A stretch of 64,000 bases of DNA from Azolla caroliniana (lineage: Eukaryota > Plantae > Polypodiophyta): NCBI GenBank assembly GCA_043228905.1, contig JBHGNT010000001.1, positions 17,608,001 to 17,672,000 on the forward strand, written 5' to 3'. The translations under genes and the position numbers were made by a program. Below the pieces are notes generated by a model, which did not search any database, had not been told where the DNA came from, and saw only the letters and a program-made list of their open reading frames with translations. This document shows positions 12,314 to 24,629 of the stretch, one piece after another. Numbering within the stretch: position 1 is the stretch's first letter; each line of letters starts with the position of its first letter.

Positions 12314-15174
12314 ATCCAGAGTCGAAAGGCACGGCACCGTCAGCAAATTGGTTTACTCAAAATGGCATTCGAGTCATTCGTACAATTAGCCACCAAATTC
12401 ACTGAATTATTTCACTGACAGATTCCTCAGAAAGATCTGATCGGTCAATTACGCATCCTATCAAGAACAACATGAGACGTAGTCACAATTCGTCATTCGG
12501 TTTCAGAATTTGCAATCACAAATCTCAAAGACAATCCTAGATGAGAAACTAAAGGATATATTCCTCAAAGCAATTCGGGAACCATTGCGTACAACTTTAG
12601 CAGTGTTTGATTTCCGAACTCAATCTATTGATCAAGTAATTGATAAAGCACTAGCTATGGATTAGACACACAAAAAGAAGTACAATATGAATATGTCCGA
12701 GTTACAACACAATCTAATAATAATCGACCACCAAATCGGTGGTTCAATAAGCCAAAGGGGACTCGACAATTTCAGCATGATTCTCAGAGAGGAAACGCTG
12801 ACTCCCATGAAACTAGAAAACCACAATATGAATATGGGGAATCCAGTGGTTCATTGTTACCAACCTGCTACATTTGCAAAAAGGATGGTCATTATACAAA
12901 CCAATGTCTGACTAAGGACAAAGGAAAGGCACTTGCTATCAATATGGTGGTTCCCGAAATTCAACAAGTGACTACCCAAAGCAAAGGTAAACAATCCAAA
13001 TGGGAAGTCTAGGAAGTTGTGAAGAAAGCAGCTAAGGAATGGGTAGAAGAAGCTAACAAAAATAATGTCTCCAGAATGTTGCAGGATAATGTACTGTTAA
13101 AGAGGAAGCAACATGTAGATCCGTCTGGATCAGTACCATTGCAAGAGCATGAAGAAACTTGGAAAATTTTGGCTGGTTGTGAAGTTTCATTACCGTTGAC
13201 CAGATTACTAAAACTAGTTCCATGGTTCACGGAGAAAGTAGCACGTCTGATTGCACAAAAAGATGTTGAGTAGGTATCTGTAAATTACAGTCACCCAAGC
13301 ACTAGTCCGACAATCATGGATGAGCAAAGTCCCTCCATAAAGGTGATAATTCGGGGACACGAAGTAGCCGGAACCATTGTCGATGGTGGTTCGGGGGTCA
13401 ATGTCATCAATAAGACCACCTGTGATAAGCTTGGAATTACCAAATGGAATGCCTATCCTTTTTGGTTACGAATGGCTGACACTAGTACGGTAAGGCCGCT
13501 AGGCTTAATTCGGCAAATGGATGTCATTTTAGGCGGTCATACTTTTCAGATATCAACAATAGTATTGAGTTTGGAGGCTCAGGGGGCATATCCACTTCTG
13601 TTGGGCCGACCATGGTTTAAAACAACAAATATTACGCAGAATTGGAACAAGAATGTATTAACATTTAGGAAAGGAAAGAATAAGATCCTAATATCAATGT
13701 AGGATAAAGTCAGTATGACTCGACAATGTCTACCAATCCATGCGGAGGGCGTCAATATGATGGAGGGGCTGGATGAAACTGAGGAAGATCAATATTTTCA
13801 TGACAACCCAAAAATCATTCCACTATTCAAAGTCGACATTCTTCACACACTCACAACCTATGTCGAGGATGAGCAACATGAAATTCTGGTAGATGACCAC
13901 ACAATGCAAGAACTTTGTCTCCAATACAAAGCTATGGAAAAAGAGATGAAAGTATCTCAAAGAGTACAAGCATTGGCACTAGAAGAGTTAAATTTAGCCG
14001 ATACTAGTATGGTGCCGGTTCGGATGTCCTATTGAGTTAGTGAGTGATCCAGGTACCCATTTCATTAATAAAATTATACATGAATTATCTACATACTATG
14101 CAGTGGCACATAAGAAGAGTACTCCATACTATGCTCAAGCCAATGGATTGGCAGAATCCACCAACAAGACACTGCTAATGATTTTAAAGAAAATAGTTAA
14201 TGAAAATAGGACAGATTGGGACTAGAAATTAAATAGTGCTTTATGGGCCTACCGGACTTCATACAAAACGTCCATTAAATCGACTCCATTTAGAATGGTA
14301 TTTGGATTGGAAGCAGTACTGCCGGTAGAAGTTCATGTACAAGTTACAGAAAGATTAGACGAAGAATAGTCAAAACAAGTTCGGTAACAACAACTACTTC
14401 TTTTAGAGGAAAGCAAAATACAAGCTATGACTGCACTAGAGAAAAAACAAAGGCAAACAAAGGCATTTGTGGACCGACATCGACGACACAAGGAAAAATT
14501 GTTTGCATCTGGAAAACCGGTCTTTGTTTTTCAGAACAAAATGGGTTTAATGCTTGGAAAACTACGATTTTGGTGAACAGGACCATTCTGGATAGTTGAC
14601 AGTAAAAATGGAACCTATCAAGTAGGAACACTATCAAGAGAAATTTTGCCAAAATGGGTAACTGGTTTTCGATTGAAACCTTATCAAGGATCAATGCCAG
14701 AAAATACTTTTCGGGTTGGAGACAAATCCGACACACCGTGACATGGCATAGGCCACAAATATAAAAAGTATATACCAATATTTAAAATAAAAGGAATAAA
14801 AAAGAAAACAGTCTTGGAAAATAATAACAAAACTAATAGACAAAACTAACATGATGATTTCTTGGGGTGGTCTTTTTCAGACTATATATTAACAAGGTAC
14901 AAAATCATGCAACATTCATTATGAGTGGCGGAGCTATTATTACTATTCTTGTACTAGCACTAGCATTAATAGCATATTGTCATAAATAGTATATTCTTTT
15001 TCAGAAAAACTATGAAACGCCTAATCTCTAAAAAACCTACCCTTTCATGTTCTCTGTCACAACAGAAACAGAAAAACCGTAGAGCGAATCACTTTTCTTC
15101 TCTTTCTCTCTACACCCATAAACCATCATCGCCATCACTTAAAGTTTCAGACTTATCACAGGAGGATGAAAACA

Positions 15175-16684
15175 TGTCGATCTTAGTCTCTGAGGAACTC
15201 AGACAGTGGCTACAAAACAAAGGATTGCCAGGCTATCTCAAGATTGCAGATTCAGAACCGCATCCGCGCGCCACTCAAATCATACAACAAATCGACGTAA
15301 ACAGAATCACGAATAAGCATGTACATCGATTATTGACTTTGAAAAGGGAAGGATTCGATGCGATGCAAAAAACTCAACCCAGATGTTTTGAGGTCGTATT
15401 TCGGGGCAAACTCGCCATCGACGAAGGCATATCAGACACAGGGAGGGGAGGATGAGTTTCTTCCATGAAGTAGCCAAATTTCTGCTGGAAGTAGGTTTTG
15501 TAAGTCCTCGCTTTTATTGTATGACTAAGAAGAGGGCATAATTTATAATATCCACTTATGAAGGGGAAGTGTTCGATTGGGGCCTATTAACGACGGAGGC
15601 ACTTCGAGAACAACTTGATGGGGTTCAAAATGGTAAACCTATGAAGCCGATTTTTGCCCGATGGCTTGTTGTACTCTATCCGACACCAAGTCGGAGGATC
15701 AACAAAACACACAGAGATCGGCACCAAGACAACCGACAGCATGCTCCCGGCAGCCAGTGCCACGAGAGGAATGGCAGGAACCAGAGTCGACACAGGTCGA
15801 GGAACCAGTCCGACAACATGAATTGGTAACTACAAACCTTGAAGAACCATTAGCTCTAAGGCCGACAATGACCCTAGTAACACAGAACCCAACACCAACC
15901 CCGACCTCAGAACTAGAGCAACCGCAACCAAAAGCAACAAAAGATCAAGTCCCGACATCACCAACAGGAGATATAACTCAAAGGATGCATCGGATGAAGC
16001 AAAAGGCACAACGATTCCCACAGGCCGAACAAGAAGCACTAGTACGAAAATGTCAGAAAACTGACGAGCAGCCTCAACAAACAAGAAATGAAACCCGTGT
16101 CAACCCAGATGACACAAGTCGAATCGAAAAGGGAAATCATCGCTCACGACTCCTCAAGAAGCATTAGCTTTACCCGAACTTCCTCCGGTAGCACATGAAC
16201 TTGCAACCATTCTCCAATACGGAACTTCCTATGACTTAGTGGAATGGCGAGCTCACTGAATGCGGGAAGTGTTGGAAAGATTGGCGCAGGAGCACAAGGA
16301 TTGTATCATGATCCTGTTAGGAAACAGGTCCCTCTGGATGGGAAGTGAGAAGAACAGTGTTGATGAGCAAACTCAGCCGAGGCCGAAACCGGATGTGGTG
16401 TACCCGGCAACGGAAGACCGGGTGAGAACCGGATGTGGAGTACCCGACAACGGAAGACCCGGTGAGAACCGGATGACGAGTACCCGGCAAGAGCTGGATG
16501 GTGAAGGCCCGGTGAGAAATACTCACCGGATGAAGGGACATATTCGTAAATATGTTTTCTGAGAGTCCATCGGGGCTATATTTGTAAATAGCCGAAAAGT
16601 CATATTAGTATAAATATGACTTAGGGCAAACTTAATATAGTAGTTGTCTTTCTTGTTGGTGCAAGATTAGAGCATGTAACTGTG

Positions 16685-16722
<38 letters not shown>

Positions 16723-18152
16723 GAGGTCGTTGCCTCTATTGTAACCGCCGCCTGTGGCGAAGATAGCAAGCTCGAGATCGTTGCCTTGGTGCTTTACTAT
16801 TGTACATTCTGATATAGTGATAGTTTGTAGTCTGTGGGCTGCCGTGGTTTTTCCCTAGTTTGGGTTTTCCACGTTAACATCCTGTGCACTCTTCTCTTCA
16901 CTGTGTCGTGCGTTCATTACCCGTTTTCTGTGTTTGATTCTAGGCCCGGTTGAGGCCGAGCGTTGTTCATCGGGAGCGTGTATTCCTGACAGATCCAAAA
17001 ATCCTTACTTCACGCTGTCGAACCGGAAGAACAATAGGAAATTGACAGAATCGACCGACATCGGAATGCCAAAAACAAGGGAGAAGCAATTCAGATGCCT
17101 CCCTTACATGAAGCACTTGTAGAAGTGAATAGGGAATATGAGAGAGCCAGCAGAGCCGCCAGGGATATGGTTGAATCCTATTAAAATGCAACAGTAGTGG
17201 TAGAGTAACTAAACGAGCAATGTATAAAAACGCAAGTTGAAAAAGGGGAATTGTCGGATAAGCTCCGACAAACAGAAGAAAAATTGAAAAAAACTAAGGA
17301 CCAACTGTTGGCAAGCTAGTTACCTGTCAGACTTTCCGAGTCTGATTAGGAATTACATCAGAAGTTACAAGAAGCCGAAAAGATAATCAGCGCTGCAACA
17401 ACTAGAGCAGAAGAAGTAGAAACCAAAGTTCAGAAACTGGAAGACCGAATAAACTTAGCCAAGACTGAAATCAGCAAGTGGTTGGAAGCAAAAGGTAATG
17501 CGATACAACGACTTAAACGACAATTGGCGCAGTAGTAGGAGGAAAATAGACAACAGGCAGAACAAATATTGGAGATAGAAGAATATGTTCGCATTCAGGA
17601 GGACTATTTGGCGACCCAATTGGCAAAAGCCGAACTTCAAACGACCGCAGCACAAGAGGTGCATAACGAAGAAAAACGACAATTGGAATTAGCAAATACT
17701 AAATTGCAAAAATGCTGCATACAATTAGAGGCTAGATACGAAAATAATAGACTAGATCTATTGGTAGCCGAAGCAAAACTCATGCAAGCAGAAGGAGGGA
17801 CCAATGCATAGATAACAAACTTACCGTGGCACAATACACCGCGAGTATGGGTGAAGAAAAAATCAGAGCAATACTAAATCGCCACAAACTCAACACTTTG
17901 AAACTGGTATCCGACTCACTCAACAGAGGATGGAAGACCAGGTCGGCACAGTCAACAAACTTACAAATATTGCGTGCTGATAGGGATAATAGTAAAAGCC
18001 AGGGGCCAGGATTCTTCAAAATGACAGAGGCAATATCCACCGTACAGGAAGATATTACTAGAGACTTGTATGACATGGCTGCTAGTCATCGGGAAGAGAT
18101 AATTCGGCTAATGCACGAATTTGATAAGCATGAAATCGACACTTCTGTCTAG
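15175..18152 (+). pseudogene. Extra ORF of gypsy J (low-complexity linker plus coiled-coil), fragmented
   Basis: Sense ORF pieces 15012-15455, 15569-15829, 15661-16167, 17569-17811, 17826-18152 lie between integrase and the 3' LTR; heptad-rich; interrupted by a solo LTR. Confidence 0.55.
16315..16991 (+). mobile_element. Solo LTR of the copia A family
   Basis: TGTTAGG...CCTGACA, homologous to 4522-5312; perfect TSD GATCC (16310-16314 / 16992-16996). Confidence 0.95.
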
Positions 18153-18390
18153 TTAGACGGTTATGAACAAACCAAATGAAGTCAAACACTAGAGCACGGA
18201 GCCCCAGCAACATCAAAACAACCACCACAACCTCATAATGCTGATGAGGAAGAGGACAGCGTTGATGACGACATCGATACAGACCACGACGACGAAGAGG
18301 AACCATCATTGTTATATATTCTACAAGAAAATGACGAGGATGATATGGACGATGACCCCAACCCCGACCATCAAGAGTAGACTGTAACCA

Positions 18391-18430
18391 TGGGTTTGAC
18401 CGGGCAAGGCCCTGGCCCACGGGCGTGCCA
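18391..18430 (+). promoter_or_regulatory. tRNA-3'-end-like hairpin/inverted PBS at the PPT position
   Basis: TGGGTTTGACCGGGCAAGGCCCTGGCCCACGGGCGTGCCA-AG-TGTTA(LTR). Confidence 0.7.
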
Positions 18431-18751
18431 AGTGTTAGCCGGCTAGGGAAGGCGTCAGACAAGTGTGAGGCGTCAGAGTCGACAAGGTCTAGAAAAAACA
18501 GAATCAGATTCTGATCGATGAGTTAGCAAGTTAGCCGACTAAATAAAAAGTAATTACGAATATTATAGTTAGTTAGAAGTTTTGAATAGTTCTTGCCAAC
18601 AAGGCAAGTTGTAATTCTTGATCAGTCAGTCTCTCGCAGTACCTATGAAAGGAACCGAGAGCATTGTAACACCATCGTCTATTTTGGAAATTAATATAGT
18701 TATTAGTTAGTAGGAAATACTTGTGTATTGTTGTTCAGTGTATTATTTTCA

Positions 18752-21700
18752 TAACCTGATGTCTATGGACTTCTATAAGAAGGGAAAGTGGCTGATCAAC
18801 ATGAAGCACGAGTGGAAGATATGCGCGGCGACGCGCGCCATGGAGGAGTTGCATGGGGCCTGCCCGAATGTATGTGTGAAAATCGGCGATGTCGAGATTG
18901 ACCTACACTTCTTCATGCAAGAGACATCCTCGCACTCAGTGATGCTCGGTGAACTTATTTACCTCATAATAAATAGGCAATCCAAAAGTATGGTATTTAT
19001 CATTCTTTGAGGGTGTTTTTCTTTCGTGAATGATTGAAACATAGTATGGTACGTATGGTTCATACTATGTATATACCGTATATTACGACGGCACGCATGG
19101 AGACAAAGGTGTTGGATAACGGTTCGGCGTACGCATGCATGAAGAGCCAAGATGGGCGACACTCCGTCCAATTTATGACAGTGCGACCGAACCATGAACG
19201 TAACCGCAAGACCCTTAGCAGCGATAGCCTAGGGGATTTTTAAATAGGGCTATCAAGGCGTGGGGTCGCGATAGTCCGGATACCCTGGAGGAACCCCACA
19301 TGTGTACCATAGGTAGGAAATTTTGGTTCTCTGACAACGGAGGTTGTACGATAACCGGCATTAGCGGTCGGAAAAAGAAACGGGCAGAGGAACATCTCAA
19401 GGTGTGCGGAGTCCTTGGCCCCGACGAGGAGATTGGCAACGCTGTGGAGGCGGTCTCTTTTGATGACACCTTGGGAGAATTAAGGAAGGCACTCGAAGAT
19501 GGCCTTAGTGAAGATCAAACGATTCCGGTTTGTTCGGAAAGGATGTACGAAGCCATTGCTGATTTCGGGAAAAGGGTCAAGTTGGATTAGACAACCCGAG
19601 TGGATACGAAGTACAAGACTGTGGACCGGAAGGTGAGGCCAGTCACGGTTCCCTTACCAGAGGGCAGTGAGGAACGGATGAAATGGGTCGCGTCGGACCC
19701 AAGTTTGTGGAATCCGGTCGGCATAGGACACCGGTTCACCAACAAAACGCTACGGGAGCTCAAGGTCGGTGGGGGTGGCTTTCTACTGCCGGTGGACGAG
19801 GACTGGTTTCGGAGGATGCTCGGGAGGCACGAGACGGCCTTCGCATTCTCGCCGAAGGAGATCGGGTGCGTAGATCCGATGATCGTTGAGCCAATGGTTA
19901 TCTTCACGATACCACATGTGCCGTGGAATCTCAAGCCGATTCTGGTACCCAGAGCTCACATCCCGAAGTTGATGGAGATGCTGAAGCAGAAGGTGGAGAT
20001 GGGCATCCTCGAGCCGTCGAACGCCCCATATTCGAATCGGTGGTTTACCATGCCGAAGAAGAACGACACGTTGCGCTTTATTCAGGGCCTGCAGTCGATC
20101 AACAAGGTGACCATTCGGATTGCATGAATCGGGCTGATCATTGACGAGTTCGCGAAGACTTTGCGGGAAGGTCGATTTATTCGGTCGCGGATCTGTACTC
20201 GGGGTACGACCAATTCCAACTAGCCGTAGAGAGCAGGGATATTACGACAATGCGGACCCCTCTCGGCCTAGTGCAGAATCTGATGTGTACCCTTCCGCAA
20301 CGAGGGACCAACTCGGTGGCACACATGGTGAATGCGATGAATAATGTGCTAAGGGATTGCATCCTGAACATCACCATTCGCTTCCTGGACAACATCCCGA
20401 TTAAGGGATATCCGCTGGAAGATATGGAAGAGTTGGTTGGGCCAGACGGTTGCCGGAAATTCGGTGCGGACCACATTGGCGACTACGAGAAGGTGCTACA
20501 AAGGTTGGAGGGCGTGCGGCTCACCTTCTCCGGATAGAAATCAGTTTTCGGGCAGTCAGAGATTATGGTTGTCAGTCACCTGTGTGGGCCTTATGGTCGG
20601 AAACCGTCCCTGGCAAAGGTAGAGGCCATCTCCGCAATGAAGGAAGATTGCAAGTCGGTTACGGAAGTCCAGAGGTTCTTGGGCGCGTGCGCGTTCTACC
20701 ACATCTGTATTCTGCACTAGGCACACGTTGCGGAGCCACTCTACGGGTTGTTGAAGAAAGGGCAGGGCGCAAGTTCGAGTGGAGCGGGGAAAATACGGAG
20801 TCGGTCCAGAAATTGAAAGAAGTGCTTACCGTGGCACCGACACTCCGGAAAGCGGTTTACAGTAAGGAGGTCCCGATTTTTGTGACCGTAGACACGAGCC
20901 CGACAGGGATAGGATGAGTGGTCAACCAGGAGGAAAAAAATGGCACGAGGTTCCCCATCCGGTTCGGAGCAAAGGTAGTTAGTGAGCCACAGAGAGGATA
21001 TGCCCAGGTTAACCTTGAACTCTGGGGTATCGTTTCTGCAGTCAAGGCCGACAAAGACTACTTGATCAGGGCGGAGGTGATAATTGAGACGGCCTGCCTT
21101 CACATCCTCGGTATGTTTTCCGGATGCACGATGCCGAAGCTGGCGATGCTTAGGTGGATCGCGTACATTAAGTCCCTGAATCCGGAGATACGACAAATAT
21201 TCGGGAAGGACAACGCCATGGCCGACATGCTTTCGAGGGTACGGTTTGATGATGAAGATGGCATGGTTTCGGAGGACGAGGAAGTCGGCGTGGACTGCTT
21301 CGAGTAAGCTTACATGACAACGAGGGAAGGGAGCACCCCGGCGCTTAATGAGTTTAACGAGGGCGAGTACGACGGGGAGTGGCTCCATATCGGTGGGTTC
21401 CTAAAGATGATGATGCTGGACGCGACGTGGACGAGAGAAGAGGCTGATCGGATCTCGAAGAAAGCGTATCGGTTCTTCCTACGGGACAAAAGCAGATGGA
21501 AACACCCGAAGAAGTGAGGCGGTGTCCCACTCTGGGTAGTGGAGAGGAAGGAAGCACAGGAGGTGTTGCTAACGGCGTATCACGAGAGTCCCTAGGCCAA
21601 ACATCGCGGGACGTGGGCCATGTTCGAAAAGCTGAAGGAGAAGTATTGGTGGCAGGGATTGTACTGGGACATTCATCAGTTCGTAACGACTTGTGAGAGT

Positions 21701-21837
21701 TGCCAGATGCATTCTGTAGTCTGACATCGGGACGAGCTACACCCGACTTACCCGCCGACCATCCACTTCAAGTGGATGGTGGACTTGGTGACTATGTTGA
21801 TGGGGGTAGGGCAGATGTAGTACTTGGTGCTGGCAAG
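18752..21837 (+). mobile_element. Ty3/gypsy element I fragment (same clade as H): PR / RT-RH-partial INT, decayed
   Basis: Protease tail ARMETKVLDNG; RT TLPQRGTNSVAH...FLDNIP; RH RFGAKV; INT Zn-finger region; truncated at 21837. Confidence 0.88.
19234..19299 (+). promoter_or_regulatory. Putative -1 ribosomal frameshift signal (slippery site plus H-type pseudoknot)
   Basis: G GAT TTT then TAA; stem1 GGGCTATC/GATAGTCC; stem2 GTGGGG/CCCCAC; the -1 frame is open from the slip site into ORF 19300. Confidence 0.72.
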
Positions 21838-23049
21838 TGTCAGGATCAGTACTAAGATAGAGAAGGAATTAGTACTAAAAGATGAGGATTAGTACTAAGA
21901 GAGGTGTAGAACTCTCGTGAGAAGGAAAGAGTGAGCGAGAGAGAGATAGAGAGAGAAAAAGGGTGAGAGAATGATGATAAAAGATATATATTATGTGAAG
22001 AGAGTATATAGTAGCTAGGAGGCTTAAGACTAGCGTTGAACCGATTTGGTTCGAAATAATGCCTTGTGCCTCCTTTTATAGTGTTGTCAGGAGTACTCCT
22101 GAAGTTTCTAGAATGTTCCAGGAAAAATTTGGAATATACATCAATTTTCTATAATAAAACATAAATGAAAATAATATTTTACGTAGTACAATGTATAGTC
22201 TAATGGTCAAGAGCTCGACCCATGTAGCATAAGGTCATGGGTTCGAGTCTTGCCATATCATGAAAACAAGAGAGGATTGGACGAACCATGTGGAGGGTCA
22301 GGCATTGCCAAACAAGATGATTGTAGCCGTGTGCCGGTTCCTAATTTAGGAAGTGGTGTGCCGCGATAGTTCGGTAATCAGGTTCATGCTGGTTCAAGCC
22401 TTACGTCGTAACAAGCGCCAACAACAACGACACCTACCATCTCACGGAGCTCCGCGGAACAAGGATAACTATGCCAGTGGCCGAGAAGAGGATTAAGGAA
22501 TTCAAGAAGCGCCCGAGGGCGTAGACAACAACTGGAGGAGCGGATGGAGCGACGGGTGAATAAAGATGATGTATTCAGGATGTCATGGCCCTCCCCGACG
22601 GCCTATAAAAGAGAGGGGAGAAGGCTGAAACAGTATTGCGTTTTGGCGAGGACGGAGTGTTGTCGGATTGGGAACCATGCTTTCTCCTCCTCTATCGTTG
22701 TTCTCTACAAGTTCTTGTTCGGTTTCCTCTGCTTCGAGGAAAGCCCGAGTGCTTCCGGCAGGGGCTCCACTGTGTGCGTGAGAGTGTTAGTGTCTGTGTT
22801 GAGTCTGTTGCTGGCTCACCGGTTGTAATCTTGCAAAGCTGTAATCTTTATTGTTGGAATTTATTCTCTTGTTTGTTGTCTCTCTGTGATTTTCTGCGTG
22901 TTTCCCTTTCTCTGTCTGGTGGCGCATCTATGCATGCATTCGCCGGCTCGACAGTCGCGCTCTCTCTCCCCTTGATCTTTTGCACTCCTCGGTCCAAGGC
23001 CCCTGCGGTCCCACCTTAGTATCTCACGTGTAAATGAAACAACATGACA
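21838..23049 (+). mobile_element. Probable long solo/recombined LTR
   Basis: TGTCA...TGACA termini, short AGTACTAA repeats, AG-rich tract, TATA CCTATAAAA near 22602; no matching TSD. Confidence 0.5.
22189..22262 (+). other. Degenerate tRNA-derived segment with Pol III A and B boxes
   Basis: A box TAGTCTAATGG 22196-22206; B box GGTTCGAGTC 22240-22249; followed by TTGCC as in the 11.8-kb copy. Confidence 0.6.
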
Positions 23050-23139
23050 CCGTACATTTCTATATTAACCCTAACGATTTTAATACCAATTAGTCAATCA
23101 TGATACAAGTATACAATATCGTCACCCTATGTAGGAGTA

Positions 23140-24080
23140 ATCCAGTATCCATTCGTACTCCACAATTTCTTGAAAGAACGTTGAGAATTAGAAGGTTTGA
23201 CCTTACTACTTTTCGGTCATAGGTGTCGATTGTCGACCGAACAACATCTTATTTCCCTTCTCTTCGCGCGTAAGCCGTCTCCTCGACTTTCAGCGCGGGG
23301 ATTGCACGACCGAATCTCCACTACTTGCCGCCTCGTCGTCGGACTGGTCATTCCGACTCAGTCTGTCATTCAGCCCACTTAGCCTGAATGAAATTAGACT
23401 CTTTTCAAGAGCTTCGATTGCTTCTTTTTCCGGAGGTATTTCGGCCTCACTGACCTTGTCTTCAGAGATCCGAATGGAGTTGTTAGGGGTTAGAGGCGAA
23501 CGAAAGTACCATGACGCGTATTCGTCGAATACGACATCTTGGCTCACTCGAACTTGCTTGGTCTGGGGGTTATAACACTTATAACCTTGGGTTCACATGG
23601 GTCCAGCTTCCTTCGCTTCTCATTGGGCACGTGCACATAGGCAATGCTCTCGAATACCCTCAGGTGTCGTAGGTTCGGCTTCCTTCCGAAATACAACTCA
23701 TGTGCAGACACCTTTTCTCCGATTGAATTCTGGATGTAGACCGTGTTTCGTACTGCTTCGGCCCAATAGAACTTGGGCATGCTCTTTTCTTCCAGCATCC
23801 CCCATGCCAGTTCCACAATTGAACGATTCTTCCTTTCAGCTACGCTGTTTTTTTCCGGCATATATCTACAACTTAATTCGCCACGAATTCCCATTTGTTG
23901 CAGATAATAGTTGAATTGGCCGGAAAAGTACTCTTTTCCGCCATCTGACCACAAGCACATGATTTTCATCTATGTTTCTCTCTAAACAAGTTTTTGCAAG
24001 TTTCGGAAAAACTTTGCTCTTTTTCGATGAGGTAGATCCATGTGTGTTGACTGTAATTGTCGATGATAGAGACGAAATAT
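23140..24080 (-). pseudogene. copia F (D/E family) integrase fragment
   Basis: WSDGGKEYFSGQF...AERKNRS...FYWAEAV and SQDVVFDE, close to the element D integrase. Confidence 0.85.
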
Positions 24081-24629
24081 TGTAAAAACAAATAGCGTGC
24101 GGAAGCAATAGAAAACAGAAAACAGAGAACAGGTTTAATGGAGAGCTTAAGGGTAAAAGCATGCGAGTGGAAACACTATTATAGCTAATTAGCTACTAAA
24201 ATGGCCATAGCTAATTAGCTATTTGTTTAGCTAGTCTTTCTTGTGGGAAAATCAAATATTTGAAAAACTAATTTATGAAAAAACTCAAATATTTGAACTT
24301 CTGTTTCAGACGTAGTGGAACTTGGGGAATATCACCATCATCTAAGGTCGACTTCAATGTCATCAATTTCCTGTTTAGCCTAAGTCTGATTTTGAACGCA
24401 GATGGAGTACTCAGAGCACGAACGCAGACGTAGCTCCCGCAACAGCAAAAAATCGACATTGCAGATTGAGAGCTACAACACAGAACCCGCTCGATCATCG
24501 TCCAGGTATGTTTCAGTTACAGAAACCCCAAACATTTGTTTTTTCTTTTTGACTACTGTCTGAACTTTGGTGCCGATTCATATTTCCCCAAAATCGAATA
24601 GGGCGAAGTCCTTGGAGTCCCATACAAGG

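Larger units (their letters stand above)
12314..18751 (+). mobile_element. Ty3/gypsy element J (non-chromovirus type), decayed, RT/RH deleted, extra 3' ORF region
   Basis: gag remnants 12314-13270; protease IVDGGSGVN (13316-13702); jump to integrase SDPGTHF...QANGLAE near 14010; extra ORFs 15175-18152; 3' LTR TGTTAGCC... 18433 to about 18751. Confidence 0.85.

Noticed and set aside
18956-19075. ~120-bp AT-rich insert in the gypsy I protease as a MITE
   Set aside because: No TIRs or clear TSD; probably repair filler DNA.
22189-22262. Functional tRNA gene (also 11775-11850)
   Set aside because: A and B boxes are present, but the acceptor, anticodon and T stems do not pair properly.
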